Below the pieces are notes generated by a model. The model was not told where the DNA came from and searched no databases. It saw nothing but the letters and a program-made list of their open reading frames with translations. A DNA stretch of 64,000 nucleotides from Blastocladiella emersonii ATCC 22665. Taxonomy: Eukaryota; Fungi; Blastocladiomycota. Positions 45,167-56,724 of the stretch are shown piece by piece (positions within the stretch are counted from its first letter, which is position 1; the number at the start of each line of letters is the position of its first letter). The translations under genes and the position numbers were made by a program. The DNA is taken from the NCBI GenBank assembly GCA_025594325.1, contig JANHCV010000008.1:186001-250000 (forward strand), in the 5' to 3' direction.

Positions 45167-45360
45167 CTGCGCGATGTCGCTGACCCGGACCCACATGATG
45201 CGGGAACGCGAGCAGTCGCAGGGTCGGTACTGGTATCTCGCGAGGTGGAGAGGGTCGCACGCACGGCACACCGTACCCTTAGTGCTTATGACATTGACGA
45301 CTATGAAGCTGACGCCTCGTTTCAGCTCGGGATCGAGCTCGCGCGGAGGTGGCGCCGCGA

Positions 45361-45382
45361 GACGCGTTTGGAAATCATGTTT
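45361..45382 (+). promoter_or_regulatory. Family upstream motif (copy 2)
   Basis: GACGCGT-TTGGAAA-TCATGTTT. Confidence 0.55.
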
Positions 45383-45505
45383 TCGCGGTGTGACTGCAGC
45401 GCCACCCACACGCGTGGCTGGCGGGCTTGGCCGAGCGTTCGCGTTCGCGCTTCTTGGCCTCGCTGCGCTGTCCCACCAAACCACCCAACGCTAAACGAAT
45501 GAATC

Positions 45506-46933
45506 ATGACATGGTGCAACGAGGACCCGCTGTCGACGTCGACACCGCAAGAGTGTGTCGCACCGCTTGAGCTTGGCTCCTTGTCCTTGCCGGCACTCGT
45601 GCACTACCCGCCGCCCGCGCCGACCACCGACAGCGGCGCGCTATTCCGGATCCTTAACCAGCGGCTCACCTGTATCCGGTCGGCTTTGACGCTTCGCGCT
45701 CTCGTTCATGCGACTGATGTGTCGCCGTCGCCAGCAGTCGCTCCTGCGGGCGGTCCAGACGCGTCGTTGCCAGCAGTCGCGCAGGCAGCAGAGGCCGAGT
45801 TCTCGACCAGACCAAAACTTTTTACAGGCAGCAGTCCTGATTGTATGCCGGCGGTCTCTCCAACGATTGCTCTAGCGGCTGAGGCCGAGCTCTTGAGCGA
45901 CGCGAAATCGCTTGCCGACGCCTGTCATGATGTTTGCGTGGGCGCGACGACCATCGAGTCCGACTTCGCGTCCGCTTCGCCAGCGCCAACGCCTCCGCTT
46001 TCATCCTTGCGCACTCCAACACTTGCAAGTTCACCTCTCGATCAGCCTGGACCGTGTGTTTCGCCGCATCCGATTCCAGCACCAACACCTTCACCTTCGC
46101 CCGACGGAAGCACCTTGTCGCCTTCCCCTGTCCCCTCACGGCCGTCCCAACCCGCGCGCCAGGCGCAATCTATGACCCTCGAAGAACGCATCGCTCGCCA
46201 CGGCCCGCGCTTCCGCCTTCCCGCCCCTGACGGCTGCACGACGACCGACGACCCAGAACGCTTCCTTCACCTGCTCAGCACGACGGTCACCAGGACCGAA
46301 AGCTTCGCCGCCGCCCTGCTCGCGTCGCGCTACAACGTGCCGCGCCACATCTACCTCGCTTACGCGCCGTGCATCTTCCCGGAGCCGCGCACCAAGAACG
46401 CGGTCCACGCCTTCCGCACCGCCGCCGCCAACCCCGCCGCGTACCCGCCGTGGCTCACGAACTGGATCGCTGTCGCGCCGGAACCGGGCGAGCTGCTCGC
46501 CGAGTTCCACGCCCGATTTACGCAGGCACTGAAGCGCATGCCGCGCGCCCGCGAGCTGCCGACCGAAGCCCATATCAAGTCCATTTTCCTCGAAATGGTT
46601 GCAGTCGCGGCGCCGAGCGTCGATACAAGGGAAGCCGAAAAGCTTGTGCAGGTCGCGACGGCAACCGTCGACGACGTGTTTCGCCGGCTTACGCTCGGGC
46701 TTCCGCCGCGGCCTGGGCCCACGTCCGCCGCGACACCAGTGCAGGGACGCGGCGAGGAAAACCGGCCGCCGTGTATTGACGCGCAACTGCAACTGCGCCG
46801 CCGCGACGCGGACCACTACTCGCCGCGGTCGCATCGGCGCCGGTCGCGGTCGCGGTCGCGCGATCGCTCGCCGGACCGCTCGCGGGATCGGAGTCGCGAG
46901 CGAGACCGCGAACGGCGCCGCCGACGCCGCTAG
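45506..46933 (+). CDS. Array copy 2: N-helix + capsid-like + RS/RD tail, no zinc module
   Basis: MTWCNEDP, LFRILNQRL, GPRFRLP...TTDDPERFL, WIAVAPEPGELLAEFHARF and RSRSRSRDRSPDR. Confidence 0.8.
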   Translation: MTWCNEDPLSTSTPQECVAPLELGSLSLPALVHYPPPAPTTDSGALFRILNQRLTCIRSALTLRALVHATDVSPSPAVAPAGGPDASLPAVAQAAEAEFSTRPKLFTGSSPDCMPAVSPTIALAAEAELLSDAKSLADACHDVCVGATTIESDFASASPAPTPPLSSLRTPTLASSPLDQPGPCVSPHPIPAPTPSPSPDGSTLSPSPVPSRPSQPARQAQSMTLEERIARHGPRFRLPAPDGCTTTDDPERFLHLLSTTVTRTESFAAALLASRYNVPRHIYLAYAPCIFPEPRTKNAVHAFRTAAANPAAYPPWLTNWIAVAPEPGELLAEFHARFTQALKRMPRARELPTEAHIKSIFLEMVAVAAPSVDTREAEKLVQVATATVDDVFRRLTLGLPPRPGPTSAATPVQGRGEENRPPCIDAQLQLRRRDADHYSPRSHRRRSRSRSRDRSPDRSRDRSRERDRERRRRRR

Positions 46934-47203
46934 CTCCTTGCACGTATGCCCGCACCCACGCCTCGCTCGGGTGTATAATAGTACTTGATTGCGCATGGCT
47001 TCCCGGTTTCATGCTCACGAAGGTCGCAGTGCTGAGCAGGTCTCCGCTCTTCGTTTGTGGGAGATCCCGTCGATTGCGCGACCGTTCCAGCGACGTTCGC
47101 GTTCATGCGCACGTGGCAGGCGACGCGTAGACGCGTCGTCAATCCCCGACATCGCGCCGTGGTCCCCTCGTTGCCGTTTAGTTAGACGCGAAAATTATGA
47201 AGC

Positions 47204-48526
47204 ATGCCATGGTGCAATGAGGAGCATGCGCTCGAATTGCGCGCGGCCTCGCACGCGACCCGCGTCGACTTCGGGTCGCTGGCGCAAGAGTGCTACCCGC
47301 CACTCGCGCCACCCGCGGACCGCGGCTCGCTGTTCCGGATTATCGAGCAGCGGCTGCAGTGCATCCGATCGGCCGCAGTGCATCGATCCCTTGTCCATGC
47401 GGCCGATGTACCGGCTTCCGCGGTTGCGCCAGCGGCTGACGCGGAGTTCTCAAGCGAAGATGCGGAGACGCTTGTTGACGTCAATCATCAAGTCGATTGC
47501 GCGGACACGACGACCAAACCCCTCGTGCTCGGATCCAATACGCGCACGCCAGGCGCGCTGTCTTCGTCCTTGCGCACACGCAGTCCCTCGCTACCGCACC
47601 CTGCCCGTCACATGCCCGCCCTGAGCCTCAAGGATTGCGTCTCGCGTCAAGGACCACAATTCCGCTTCCCTGCTCTCGCTGGTCGCGTCTTGACTGACGA
47701 CCAGGACCATTTCCTTGACCTGCTCAGCGCGGTTCTCACCGACCACGGCGACTCGCTTGCCGCCGCCCTCCTTGACTCGCATATCACCGTCCCGCACGCC
47801 GTCTACCTCGCGTACGCCCCGGCCATCCTCCCGCACACGTGTTCCGGCGAAGCCGCCGCCGCGTTCCGCATCGCCGCTGCCGGCGATCCCACGACGTACC
47901 CGCCGTGGCTTACCCGCTAGCTCGCTGTCGCGCCCGAACCCGGCGCGCTGCTATCCACTTTCCACGAGCGCTTCCTCCGTGCCCTCGCCGACATGCCCCT
48001 CGCGCGCCACCTCCCCACGGCGAGGCACATCAAGCGCGTCTACGCCAACATGGTCGTCGACCGCGTCCCGTTCGCGATCAGGGCCATGGTGTTCCAGCTC
48101 GTCCAGACACCGACGGCGTCGGTTAGGGATATTGGTCGCTGGCTCGGGTTCGGGTTCGTGCCAGCAGCGCAAGAAACACGCGGCGGGAGCGGCGGTAGTT
48201 GGGCGAGAGCCGCGGCGACGGTTGGGGCGTCGCGTGGCGGGAATCTCTCCTCGCGAGAGGAGCCGATGCGGGTTGACGGCAGGACCGGGCCGCGGGGATG
48301 GTTGCGAGTGGGAGCGCCATCGGCCGCGGCACCACAGCTGGATTTTGATGTTTGCACCCGTCGCATATATTCTTCGCTCCTATGGCCCATGTCAATTAGA
48401 TTGCCTTGGTTCAGCCTCATGCTCGGCTCGACCCGCGCGTCGGCTCGCGACGGGGGACGCGTTCCGAAATCATGTGAGCAGGCACGGGATGCGAGGCGAG
48501 CCGATCTGTCTCGCGTCTCCGCTTAG
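47204..48526 (+). pseudogene. Array copy 3, in-frame TAG at a conserved Trp; 3' end uncertain
   Basis: PPWLTR*LAVAPEPG (TAG 47918-47920); ORF 47993 continues in the same frame. Confidence 0.7.
48456..48477 (+). promoter_or_regulatory. Family upstream motif (copy 4)
   Basis: GACGCGT-TCCGAAA-TCATGTGA. Confidence 0.7.
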
Positions 48527-48565
48527 TCGCCGCTCCCTTTTGATACGCACGAAACATCGCTTGCT

Positions 48566-50386
48566 ATGCAACTACTCCATGCAGACGACCCCGAAGCTCT
48601 TGCGTTCATGGATTATCTGCTTGTTCCGGGCGCGCTTCACCATCCAAATCTCGCTGACGAGGAGGCGAGCAGCGGGAACGGCTACTCGCTCGAGCAGCAA
48701 CTTCTGGCACTGCTCAACTCGAGGCTTTGCTCCATCCGCACCGCGTTGCGGCAGCGGATACATGCGGCCGACGCTTCGCTTACGAGTGACCCCGTGGCGA
48801 AGTGTGTCAACACTGCGGCTGTTGACCGTGCCGCCAGCGAGGTCACTGCATCCCAATCAACTGCTTCATTTTCTCCAGATTCGGTGACGCACGAGCGCGG
48901 CACCATTCCGAAAGCATCGTCATCTACCTGGCCGCTACCGCTTCGACCAGTGATGCCAGTCCCAGGGTCCATGCCTCTTGCTGAGCTCGTTCGCTCCCGC
49001 GGGCCATACTTTCGGCTCCCCGCTCTGCCGGGCCGGCGCAGCACCGACAAACCGCGCGAGTTTCTCAAATGGATGAAGGCCCTTGTACCTCCCGGCCAGC
49101 TTGCACAAGCGCTCATCCTTGCCAAACCCAACGTTGAGCCCGACAGCTACCTCGCCTACGCCGTCATGGTGTTTCCCTCGCTGTCCGACATCGATGCCGC
49201 GCACAATTACTTCGTGGCACTTGATATCGCATCGCGGCCACGCTGGATCAACATGTGGGTCAGCTTGCGACGAGCGCCTGGGATCACGGCGGCTAGATTC
49301 AATGCGGCCGTGCGCGGCTTGTTTTCTACATCCAAGGTTGCACCGCTTCTTGCCGATGCAGAGCACGTCAAGCAGCTGGTTCTCGAGAAGATGGCGAAGG
49401 TGCCCGGTGGTGCAGACGGGCCACCCAGACCTCGCCCTGTTGTAGGACTGGCAGCGAAAGCGGGGCACTCGCCGAGGGAAGCGCACGAACGGTATAACCC
49501 AAACCGGCCCGGTCGAGCTCTCGGCACTTCCCCGCAGTCACGTTCACGCACGAGCGATCGTGTCACATCTTCTTGGACTCGCGGCCGTTCGACGTCTCCC
49601 CGTTTGCGCGCACGGCGAAATCGATCTCGCTTGCGTTCGCGTACTCTGTCCCGCTCCGGGTCGCATTCACGTGACAGCTCCCGCTTTCATTCGCGCGCTC
49701 GGTCGCCTTCTCGCTCTCGCTCTCGCTCTCGCTCTCGCTCTCGCTCTCGCTCTCGCTCTCGCTCTCGCTCTCGCTCTCGCTCTCGCTCTCGCTCTCGCTC
49801 TCGCTCTCGCTCTCGCTCTCGCTCTCGATCGATGTCGCGATCTATATCGCTTTCTCGGTCTCCGTCTCAATCTCGGTCGCGCTCTCGAGCTTGCTCCCCC
49901 ATTTCACTTCGCAAATCAGAACTCTCGCTATACCTGAGCCAAAGTCGCGCAGCAACAAACTCCAACTCAGACCGCGCCCGGTTAGTACCATGCGTGTACT
50001 GCGCCACGCTGTACCCGGAATCATCTACCACATGCACCCACACGCTCATCGAGTGTGTCTCCGTCACACGGACCCGCGACATCGCCGGGTGCATCTTCTT
50101 CGGCCTGCGCTATTTGCGCCAGTTTCCACTGAAGAACGACATGCTCAGCCAGTCGCGCACGACGCTGGGCGCCCTCTGCCGCGACTACGCGGCGCGGCTG
50201 AGCGAAGCCCACAAGGATTCGCTTGCCAACCCAGCGGTGGCGAAGAAGGAGACCGACTCGCTTCGCTACGCGAGCTGTCGGCTCGCGGCGCTTGCTGAGA
50301 TCCCGGATTCGATGGTCGAGTCCCACGTTGCGCCCGTGTGGAACGAGGTCGTTGCGGTTTGTCGCCGGTTCAGAGTGCGCCTATAG
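48566..50386 (+). CDS. Array copy 4, intact full architecture (606 aa)
   Basis: QLLALLNSRL, RGPYFRLP...STDKPREFL, WVSLRRAPGITAARF, long RS tract, CVYC-x12-H-x4-C and a tail ending PVWNEVVAVC. Confidence 0.85.
   Translation: MQLLHADDPEALAFMDYLLVPGALHHPNLADEEASSGNGYSLEQQLLALLNSRLCSIRTALRQRIHAADASLTSDPVAKCVNTAAVDRAASEVTASQSTASFSPDSVTHERGTIPKASSSTWPLPLRPVMPVPGSMPLAELVRSRGPYFRLPALPGRRSTDKPREFLKWMKALVPPGQLAQALILAKPNVEPDSYLAYAVMVFPSLSDIDAAHNYFVALDIASRPRWINMWVSLRRAPGITAARFNAAVRGLFSTSKVAPLLADAEHVKQLVLEKMAKVPGGADGPPRPRPVVGLAAKAGHSPREAHERYNPNRPGRALGTSPQSRSRTSDRVTSSWTRGRSTSPRLRARRNRSRLRSRTLSRSGSHSRDSSRFHSRARSPSRSRSRSRSRSRSRSRSRSRSRSRSRSRSRSRSRSRSRSRSMSRSISLSRSPSQSRSRSRACSPISLRKSELSLYLSQSRAATNSNSDRARLVPCVYCATLYPESSTTCTHTLIECVSVTRTRDIAGCIFFGLRYLRQFPLKNDMLSQSRTTLGALCRDYAARLSEAHKDSLANPAVAKKETDSLRYASCRLAALAEIPDSMVESHVAPVWNEVVAVCRRFRVRL
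49709..49822 (+). repeat. (TCTCGC)19 microsatellite encoding Ser-Arg
   Basis: Counted directly. Confidence 0.95.
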
Positions 50387-50493
50387 TTGCTTTATACGAT
50401 CGGGTTGCGTTTAAATGTTGATGGACTTGTTCCCGCGCCTTCACACTTTCATTGTTGCGCGCGGTGCCAGGGATGGCGGCACACGGACTGCGA

Positions 50494-50515
50494 GACGCGT
50501 TTTGAAATCACGTGA
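50494..50515 (+). promoter_or_regulatory. Family upstream motif (copy 5)
   Basis: GACGCGT-TTTGAAA-TCACGTGA. Confidence 0.7.
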
Positions 50516-50618
50516 CCCCTGAGTTGGAACGCGAGAGCCTGTTCGTCTCCCCTCGTCTCTGCTCTCCTTTCTCACCATCCGCACCATCCGCACCATCCGC
50601 TATGAATGCATATTCACA

Positions 50619-52379
50619 ATGACTTACTGCAATGAAATACCTGCTGAATCTTGCTCCAGTTGTTCCGGTGGGGTCGCTAAGGTCGAGCAACATCACCAAC
50701 CGGCCGTTCGCAATCTCCCCGCGACACCGGAAGAAAGATTCGTTCTCCCCCGAGACACCCTCGAGAAGCTTCTTGACGCCCGGATTGACCTCATACGCCC
50801 TCATTTGTTGCGTCAAATCGGATCGGCAGCGGCTGTCGCCTCAGGGACTGACCCTGCGGTCCCAGTGACGGCCCAAGCTGTTTATGAGCTTGAGCAACTT
50901 CGTGATGTGGTTCTTGCTAACCAATCAGACTTGCATGGTGGTGTGGATCATTCTTCCAGTGATCCGACGCCAGTGACTTTGCTTGCCTCGCCAGTTGTGC
51001 TGCCCCCTCGACCCTCGTCGGCCACGGCCGACACTCCCGCGCTTTCAGAACGAGGAACGTCAAATGACCCGCTTTGCGCTGGCCAGCACACGCTCACGAC
51101 TGCTGTACTCACGCCGCGGACGCGACATGCGAGTCGATCGCGCTCACCAAGCGCTCTGCCGCTTAAAGATCGAATCCACCGCTTTGGTCCCGTCTTCCGC
51201 CTTCCCGCTTCCGAAAACAACACCTCAACGGACGATCCCGACGAGTTTATTCACCTGCTTCGGAAGGTCTCCAAGGATGGCTCACTTGTTAAAGCGCTCT
51301 TTGCTTCGCGGGATTACATGCCGCCAGACGTTTACGAGGTTTGCACGGCGCTACTGGGGCCTTGCTCTGCACCGCGCGAGGTGGCCGAGGCTTTGCGCGT
51401 CGCCGCTGTGGACCCCGCGTCCCGCCCGCGCTGGCTGACCGAATGGCTCGCCGTCTCTTACAATCCCAACAAACCGCTTGTCGCTTTCCATTCCAAGTTT
51501 TACGCGGTGCTCCGCGACGTGCCGCGTCTGCGGTTCCTGGTTTCCAACGAGGATGTTAAACGCATCTATATTGGCAAACTGGTTGACGCAGTGCCCGAGG
51601 CGCGAAATGGGGCTGTGGAGGACCTCATCCGTGACCGGTCGGTGACCCTCGACATTCTCTTCAATCATCTCGAGCGATTGATGTCAAATGGTCAATCCCA
51701 GCGTCAGCGCTCCCGCTCTCGGTCTCGACCAAGGTCCTCGTCGCACCGCAGTGACCGAAACAGCAGTAATACGCGCTCTCACTCGCGCAATCGCTCGCGC
51801 CGCCGCCGTAGTCGTGGACGCTCGCGCTCGAAATCATGATCCCGCGCTTCCTCTGCTCGATCGCATACTGCTCCTTCGCGCGTCGTTGCTGTGGCGCCTC
51901 TGCCACCGCCGTCGTCGCACTGCGCACCGCAAAATGATACTGGTGGGACCCCCAGTTTGGGCGACTTGAGGGCAGTCCGCGCGCTCCAGTCCCCCTGTGC
52001 GTTCTGCGACCGCATCATCAATCTACATGCGAAATCGCGCGGGCACACGCTGGCAACGTGCACGAGCGTGCTTGACGTGAACCGTATCGCCCACTCGATC
52101 TTGAACGGTATCTCGCATCTGTCCGACTTTGAACCCGCCGCCGTCATGACCAGTGGCTCTTACGCGGCGCTCATGGAGCTCTGCGTTAGTCTTGCCCGCC
52201 GCTTCGACGACGCCAGGTGGGCAAAACCGCGGCCTGATCCGTCCTTGCTGGCCGCGTTGCGGTACGCGCATACGTACCTAGCGGCCATGACGGCGATCCC
52301 CGAGTCAATGTACCCGACGCAAATGGTGCCGATATGGAACCGCATCGCGCGGCTGCTTCCAAAGGCAAGTTGCGAATAA
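50619..52379 (+). pseudogene. Array copy 5, in-frame TGA between the RS tract and the zinc module
   Basis: ORFs 50619-51839 and 51891-52379 share a frame; RSKS*SRAS; CAFC-x12-H-x4-C lies downstream. Confidence 0.75.
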
Positions 52380-52535
52380 ATTAGTGAGTTGATCTAGCCA
52401 GCTGGCGCTCCCGTTCGCTCCTCTGGACCTTCCCTCGCACTTGAGTAACCGTTTATATCGCATATACATCGTCGCTAAACTCTTAGCGCGAGACACGGGA
52501 AACGCTCGCAACGTCTCGCGCGGCACGAGCTGCGA

Positions 52536-52557
52536 TACGCGTTGAAAAATCATGTGA
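52536..52557 (+). promoter_or_regulatory. Family upstream motif (copy 6)
   Basis: TACGCGT-TGAAAAA-TCATGTGA. Confidence 0.7.
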
Positions 52558-52628
52558 CCGCCGCAAAACAAACCTGATCGAAAGTCTCGCGCGGTCTACC
52601 CCCCGCCTCACCACCTACCATGTAATCG

Positions 52629-54449
52629 ATGACCATCATGACATGCTGCAATGGATCTTTTGCTGAATCTTGCTCCAGTTGCGCCAGCGACGCCGCCGAG
52701 GTCCCACGACGCCACCCGAGCGTGGTTGGCGACCTTCCATCTTCGAACGAGGAGGATCGGACCACCCTGCTTCGCAACACGCTCCAACAGCTACTTGATG
52801 CGCGGATACACGTTATACGGTCTCGCTTGTCTGATCGGAACCGATTGGATGCGGGCGACGCGTCGGCGACTGGTCCTGCAGACTCAGCCACCGCACAGTC
52901 GATTCACGAGCTTGAACGCGTTCGTGACGCGATACTTGCCGGAGAGCCCATGCCAGCTTGCGGTGTAGAACGTTACAGCCGCGATTCGAACCGGGCGTCG
53001 GTGCTTGCCTCTCCGGTTTCGCGTGCATCTTCGTCCTCCGCACCAGACTCCCCGTCACGTTCCGCTCCACGGTCACCAGCTCGCTCGCACGGCACTGACG
53101 CGCCTGCGCGTGCGTTGCCGGCGCACGTGCAACACACGCAGCGTACCGGCACAACGCGTGCACTACACACCCTGCCGCACGAAACTCGCGTCCGCTGCTT
53201 TGGGCCCATGTTCCGGCTCCCCGCTTCCGCGAACCACCCCTCGACCGACGACCCTGACGAATACATCCGCCTTCTGCGCACCCTCTGCAAGGGCCTGCCG
53301 CTCGTCAAAGTGCTTATGGCCTCGCGCGACCACGTCCCGCCCGACGTGTTCGCCGTCTATTCCTCGCTTCTGGACGAGGGCTCTTCGCCACACGAGACTG
53401 CCGAGGCCTTCCGCGTGGCCTCCTTGGACCCCGCGTCGCGCCCGGACTGGCTTACGACTTGGCTCGCCGTCTCCTACGATCCTACGAAGTCGCTCGCCTC
53501 CTTTCACGCGCAGTTCCATGCGGCGCTCCGAGCCTTGCCGCGCGCACAGTTTCTGACTTCCAAAGCTGACCTCAAACGGGTTTACCTTCGCAAGCTTGCT
53601 CCCGCGATCCCCGAGGCTCGAAGCAGCTCCATGGAGGACCTCGTGTGCGACCCGTCGCTGAATCTCGATTATCTTTTGAATCAGCTCGAGAGAAAAATCT
53701 TCAAGCGCAAAACAACGCGACAGCGCTCGCGGTCACGATCGCGATCGCGAACAAGTGCGCGACACGGTCGTGGGCGTAAGCGGAAATCGGGTTCTCGTTC
53801 TCGTTCTCGCTCGCGCGAGCATTCTAGCCGGCATCGGCGCACCCGCAGTCGAACCCGCTCGCATTCTCGCTCGGTTTCCCGCTCGCTTCGGAAGCGAGAT
53901 CGGTCGCTCTCCAAGGCACGATCCCGTTCCCGCTCGCGTCGAAATAGTGCTGCTTCTTCGAGGCAGTCGCCGCCTCCAGCACCTTTGGCAGTGGCAACCA
54001 CCATCGGGAAAGTATCCGCACTGCCCCTTTCCATCGACCCTCGGGCCACACGCGCACTGCAGTCTCCTTGCGCGTTCTGCCGCCACCTTATCAAGTTTGC
54101 GGCGGATGCGAAGCGGCACACGCTGGCGGCGTGCACGCGCGCGCTCGAGGTTGAGTACATCGCCCACTCGATCATGATCGGTATCAGACACCTCACCGAG
54201 CTGCCACCAGCGGTGGAAATGACAAGCGGCGACTACGCGACGCTCATGACGCTCTGCGTCAGCACTGCTCGCCGCGTCGGAGACGTCAAGGGCGCAACGC
54301 AGCCGCTCGACAGGGCTGCCTCAGACGCCTTGCGGTACGCGCACATGTACCTCGTGGCCATGACGGCGATCCCAGAGTCTATGAACACGACGCACATGGC
54401 GCCCGTGTGGAACTGCATCGCGCGAGATGCACCGCGAAGAGGGCGGTAA
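52629..54449 (+). CDS. Array copy 6, intact full architecture (606 aa)
   Basis: QQLLDARI, GPMFRLP...STDDPDEYI, DPASRPDWLTTWLAV, RS tract, CAFC-x12-H-x4-C and AMTAIPES...APVW. Confidence 0.85.
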   Translation: MTIMTCCNGSFAESCSSCASDAAEVPRRHPSVVGDLPSSNEEDRTTLLRNTLQQLLDARIHVIRSRLSDRNRLDAGDASATGPADSATAQSIHELERVRDAILAGEPMPACGVERYSRDSNRASVLASPVSRASSSSAPDSPSRSAPRSPARSHGTDAPARALPAHVQHTQRTGTTRALHTLPHETRVRCFGPMFRLPASANHPSTDDPDEYIRLLRTLCKGLPLVKVLMASRDHVPPDVFAVYSSLLDEGSSPHETAEAFRVASLDPASRPDWLTTWLAVSYDPTKSLASFHAQFHAALRALPRAQFLTSKADLKRVYLRKLAPAIPEARSSSMEDLVCDPSLNLDYLLNQLERKIFKRKTTRQRSRSRSRSRTSARHGRGRKRKSGSRSRSRSREHSSRHRRTRSRTRSHSRSVSRSLRKRDRSLSKARSRSRSRRNSAASSRQSPPPAPLAVATTIGKVSALPLSIDPRATRALQSPCAFCRHLIKFAADAKRHTLAACTRALEVEYIAHSIMIGIRHLTELPPAVEMTSGDYATLMTLCVSTARRVGDVKGATQPLDRAASDALRYAHMYLVAMTAIPESMNTTHMAPVWNCIARDAPRRGR

Positions 54450-54597
54450 TACATGGACCTCGCGTTTTGAAGGAAGCATGCGGCGTGCGTGAGTGCTTGT
54501 CGCGTGGCGAAGAAGGTGAAACGCGACGTGACGTGATCGCCGCGCAAACCTCAACTCTTCTCTCTCTTCGCGACACCCTTGCTATGAATCCGTCAAC

Positions 54598-56510
54598 ATG
54601 ATGACTTGCTGCAATGAATACATGTCTGGCAATGACGCGGAAATCTGCAGTGGTGCCGCCAAGGTCGGGTTGCGGCAACTGGGGCCCGTTCCCACGCATT
54701 TGGAGAACCCCGCGACGCTGCAAGAGACTTTCCACCAGCTGGTTCAAGCACGGTTGCAGTGGGTGTCCGCTTCCTTGCATCATCGCGTGCACGGAACTTG
54801 TCTCGGATCGCCTGCACGCGAGCTGGAATTTATCGCTTACACGGTGCAGGAGCTTGAACGGCGCTGCGACGACCTGATTGCGAGGCGACCCGGCTCGCTC
54901 GGTACGCTAGCGCAAACCGGTCTCACCTTGCTGCCGAAATCTGACGAGTCGCCTCCATCCTCAGAGCGCCGTCCACGGTCCCGCTCGCCCCAAACAGAGC
55001 CCCCTCGCCCCGAATCGCATCAACCAACGCCTACCGCCTCGGTTTCTTTGCTACATAAATCGGGCCCCTGGTTCCGCGTCGCTGCTCCTCAAGGTTGCAC
55101 CTCGACAGACGATCCAGACGAATTCCTCGACCAGCTCCGCGCCGCGAATCCATTTAAACCTCTCGCCGTCGCAATCCTCGCATCGCGCGACAACATGCCG
55201 CAGGACGTCTACCTTGTCTGCGCGGTCCTTGTGTCCCCCATTTTATCACAAAGCGAAGCCTCGGACGCCTTTCGCACAGCAGCAATGAATCCCGCCTCGC
55301 AGCCACACTGGCTCACGGCTTGGCTCAACGTCCCCCACCTTCCGGTGAACGAGATCCATCGCTTCCATGCACAGTTCCGCCGTGCACTCAATAACTTGCC
55401 GCGATCACAGGTATTGGCTTCAGCCACGGTCATCAAACGCATCTACATCGATAAGCTTGCGTCCGTTCTCCCGGCGGCGCGTGACGCGTCAGTGGACGTC
55501 CTCGTCCGCGATCCGTGGATGACGATACACGACATCCTGTGGCAAGTCCAGCGTTTGGAGGCCAAACGTGGATCAACGAGGTCGTCTCCCCGCTCGCGGT
55601 CGCGGTCTCGGTCGCGTGGTCGCCGCGGCGACAAGCCGTACCGCGACTTCCGCTCGCGCTCCCGATCGCGCGGCCGTACAATTCGGCGTGCGCGTGATTA
55701 CGAACGCGAGTTCTCACGTTCTCCGTTCCGCGGCCGCTCAGCTCGGCGTGCGCGCAATGTCAACCGCAGGTCCTCGCGTTCTGTTTCGCTTTCTCAATCT
55801 CGATCTCGTTCGCGGTCCCGTTCACTTTCACGTTCTTACTCCCGATCTCGCTTCCGCCCTCTTTCTTGTTCGCGACTCCGTTCTTATTCGCGATCCCGTT
55901 CTTTTTCGCGATCCCGTTCGCGATCCCGTTCGCGATCCCGTTCGCGATCCCGTTCGCGATCCCGTTCGCGATCCCGTTCGCGATCCCGTTCGCGATCCCG
56001 TTCGCGATCCCGTTCGCGATCCCGTTCGCGATCCCTTTCGGCTTCACGTTCGGCTTCATGTTCAAGTTCGCGTTCTCTTTCTCGTTCGCTTTCTCATTCT
56101 CCTTCTCGCCCTCGCTCACGTCGATCAGAGCGCAATACGCCTTCCGAATCGAGCGCCAGTGCGTCTTCATCGAGCCCTGATTCTCAGTTGGCACGGTCGC
56201 ATCACACCGCTCAACGTGCCCTTGATGAACCTGCCTCGGCAGACCAAAACGCAGATTAAAAGGCCGCACGAAGTTATGATCATGGCATGCGGCTCGTATC
56301 CGGCGCTCGCTGTGCACTGACCTCCCCCGCCGCATCAAAGACGCCCAGTTGGCTGGCCCGCCTCCGGTATGGGACAAGATAAAGAGTCTACGACACGCGT
56401 GGGCGTATCTTGCCGCCATGACGAACATTCCTGAGTCGATGCACGCGACGCAGATGGCGCCCGCATGGGCGTTGGTCGCGAGCGGCCTTCACCTCTACCG
56501 CCGGGGCTAA
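54598..56510 (+). CDS. Array copy 7: ORF 54598-56259 ends after the RS tract; out-of-frame remnant of the helical tail to 56510
   Basis: MMTCCNE, STDDPDEFL, long RS tract. SLRHAWAYLAAMTNIPESMHATQMAPAW lies downstream without the zinc motif. Confidence 0.75.
55912..56031 (+). repeat. (TCCCGTTCGCGA)10 repeat encoding SRSR
   Basis: Counted directly. Confidence 0.95.
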
Positions 56511-56628
56511 CGAAATCGTGCATGTTATATATATTTTCAGCTTGACCAGAAGGTTTTTCACACTCTGAGCGACGACGCGCAGAGAGGTGAAAGAGGCGTA
56601 ACACGCGATCGATCGGCAAGCGGCCCGA

Positions 56629-56650
56629 GACGCGTTGCAAAATCAGGTGA
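56629..56650 (+). promoter_or_regulatory. Family upstream motif (copy 8)
   Basis: GACGCGT-TGCAAAA-TCAGGTGA. Confidence 0.65.
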
Positions 56651-56724
56651 TGAGAGCTTGGCTCGGCGTCGTATCGCGCGGCTCGGCTCCACTCTCTCAA
56701 ACACCACTCAACGCAACACTTGCA

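Noticed and set aside
55760-56428. GIAN-repeat and FAIP-repeat ORFs; also the (RA)n and (LA)n ORFs at 49560-49937
   Set aside because: Other frames of the RS-coding repeats.
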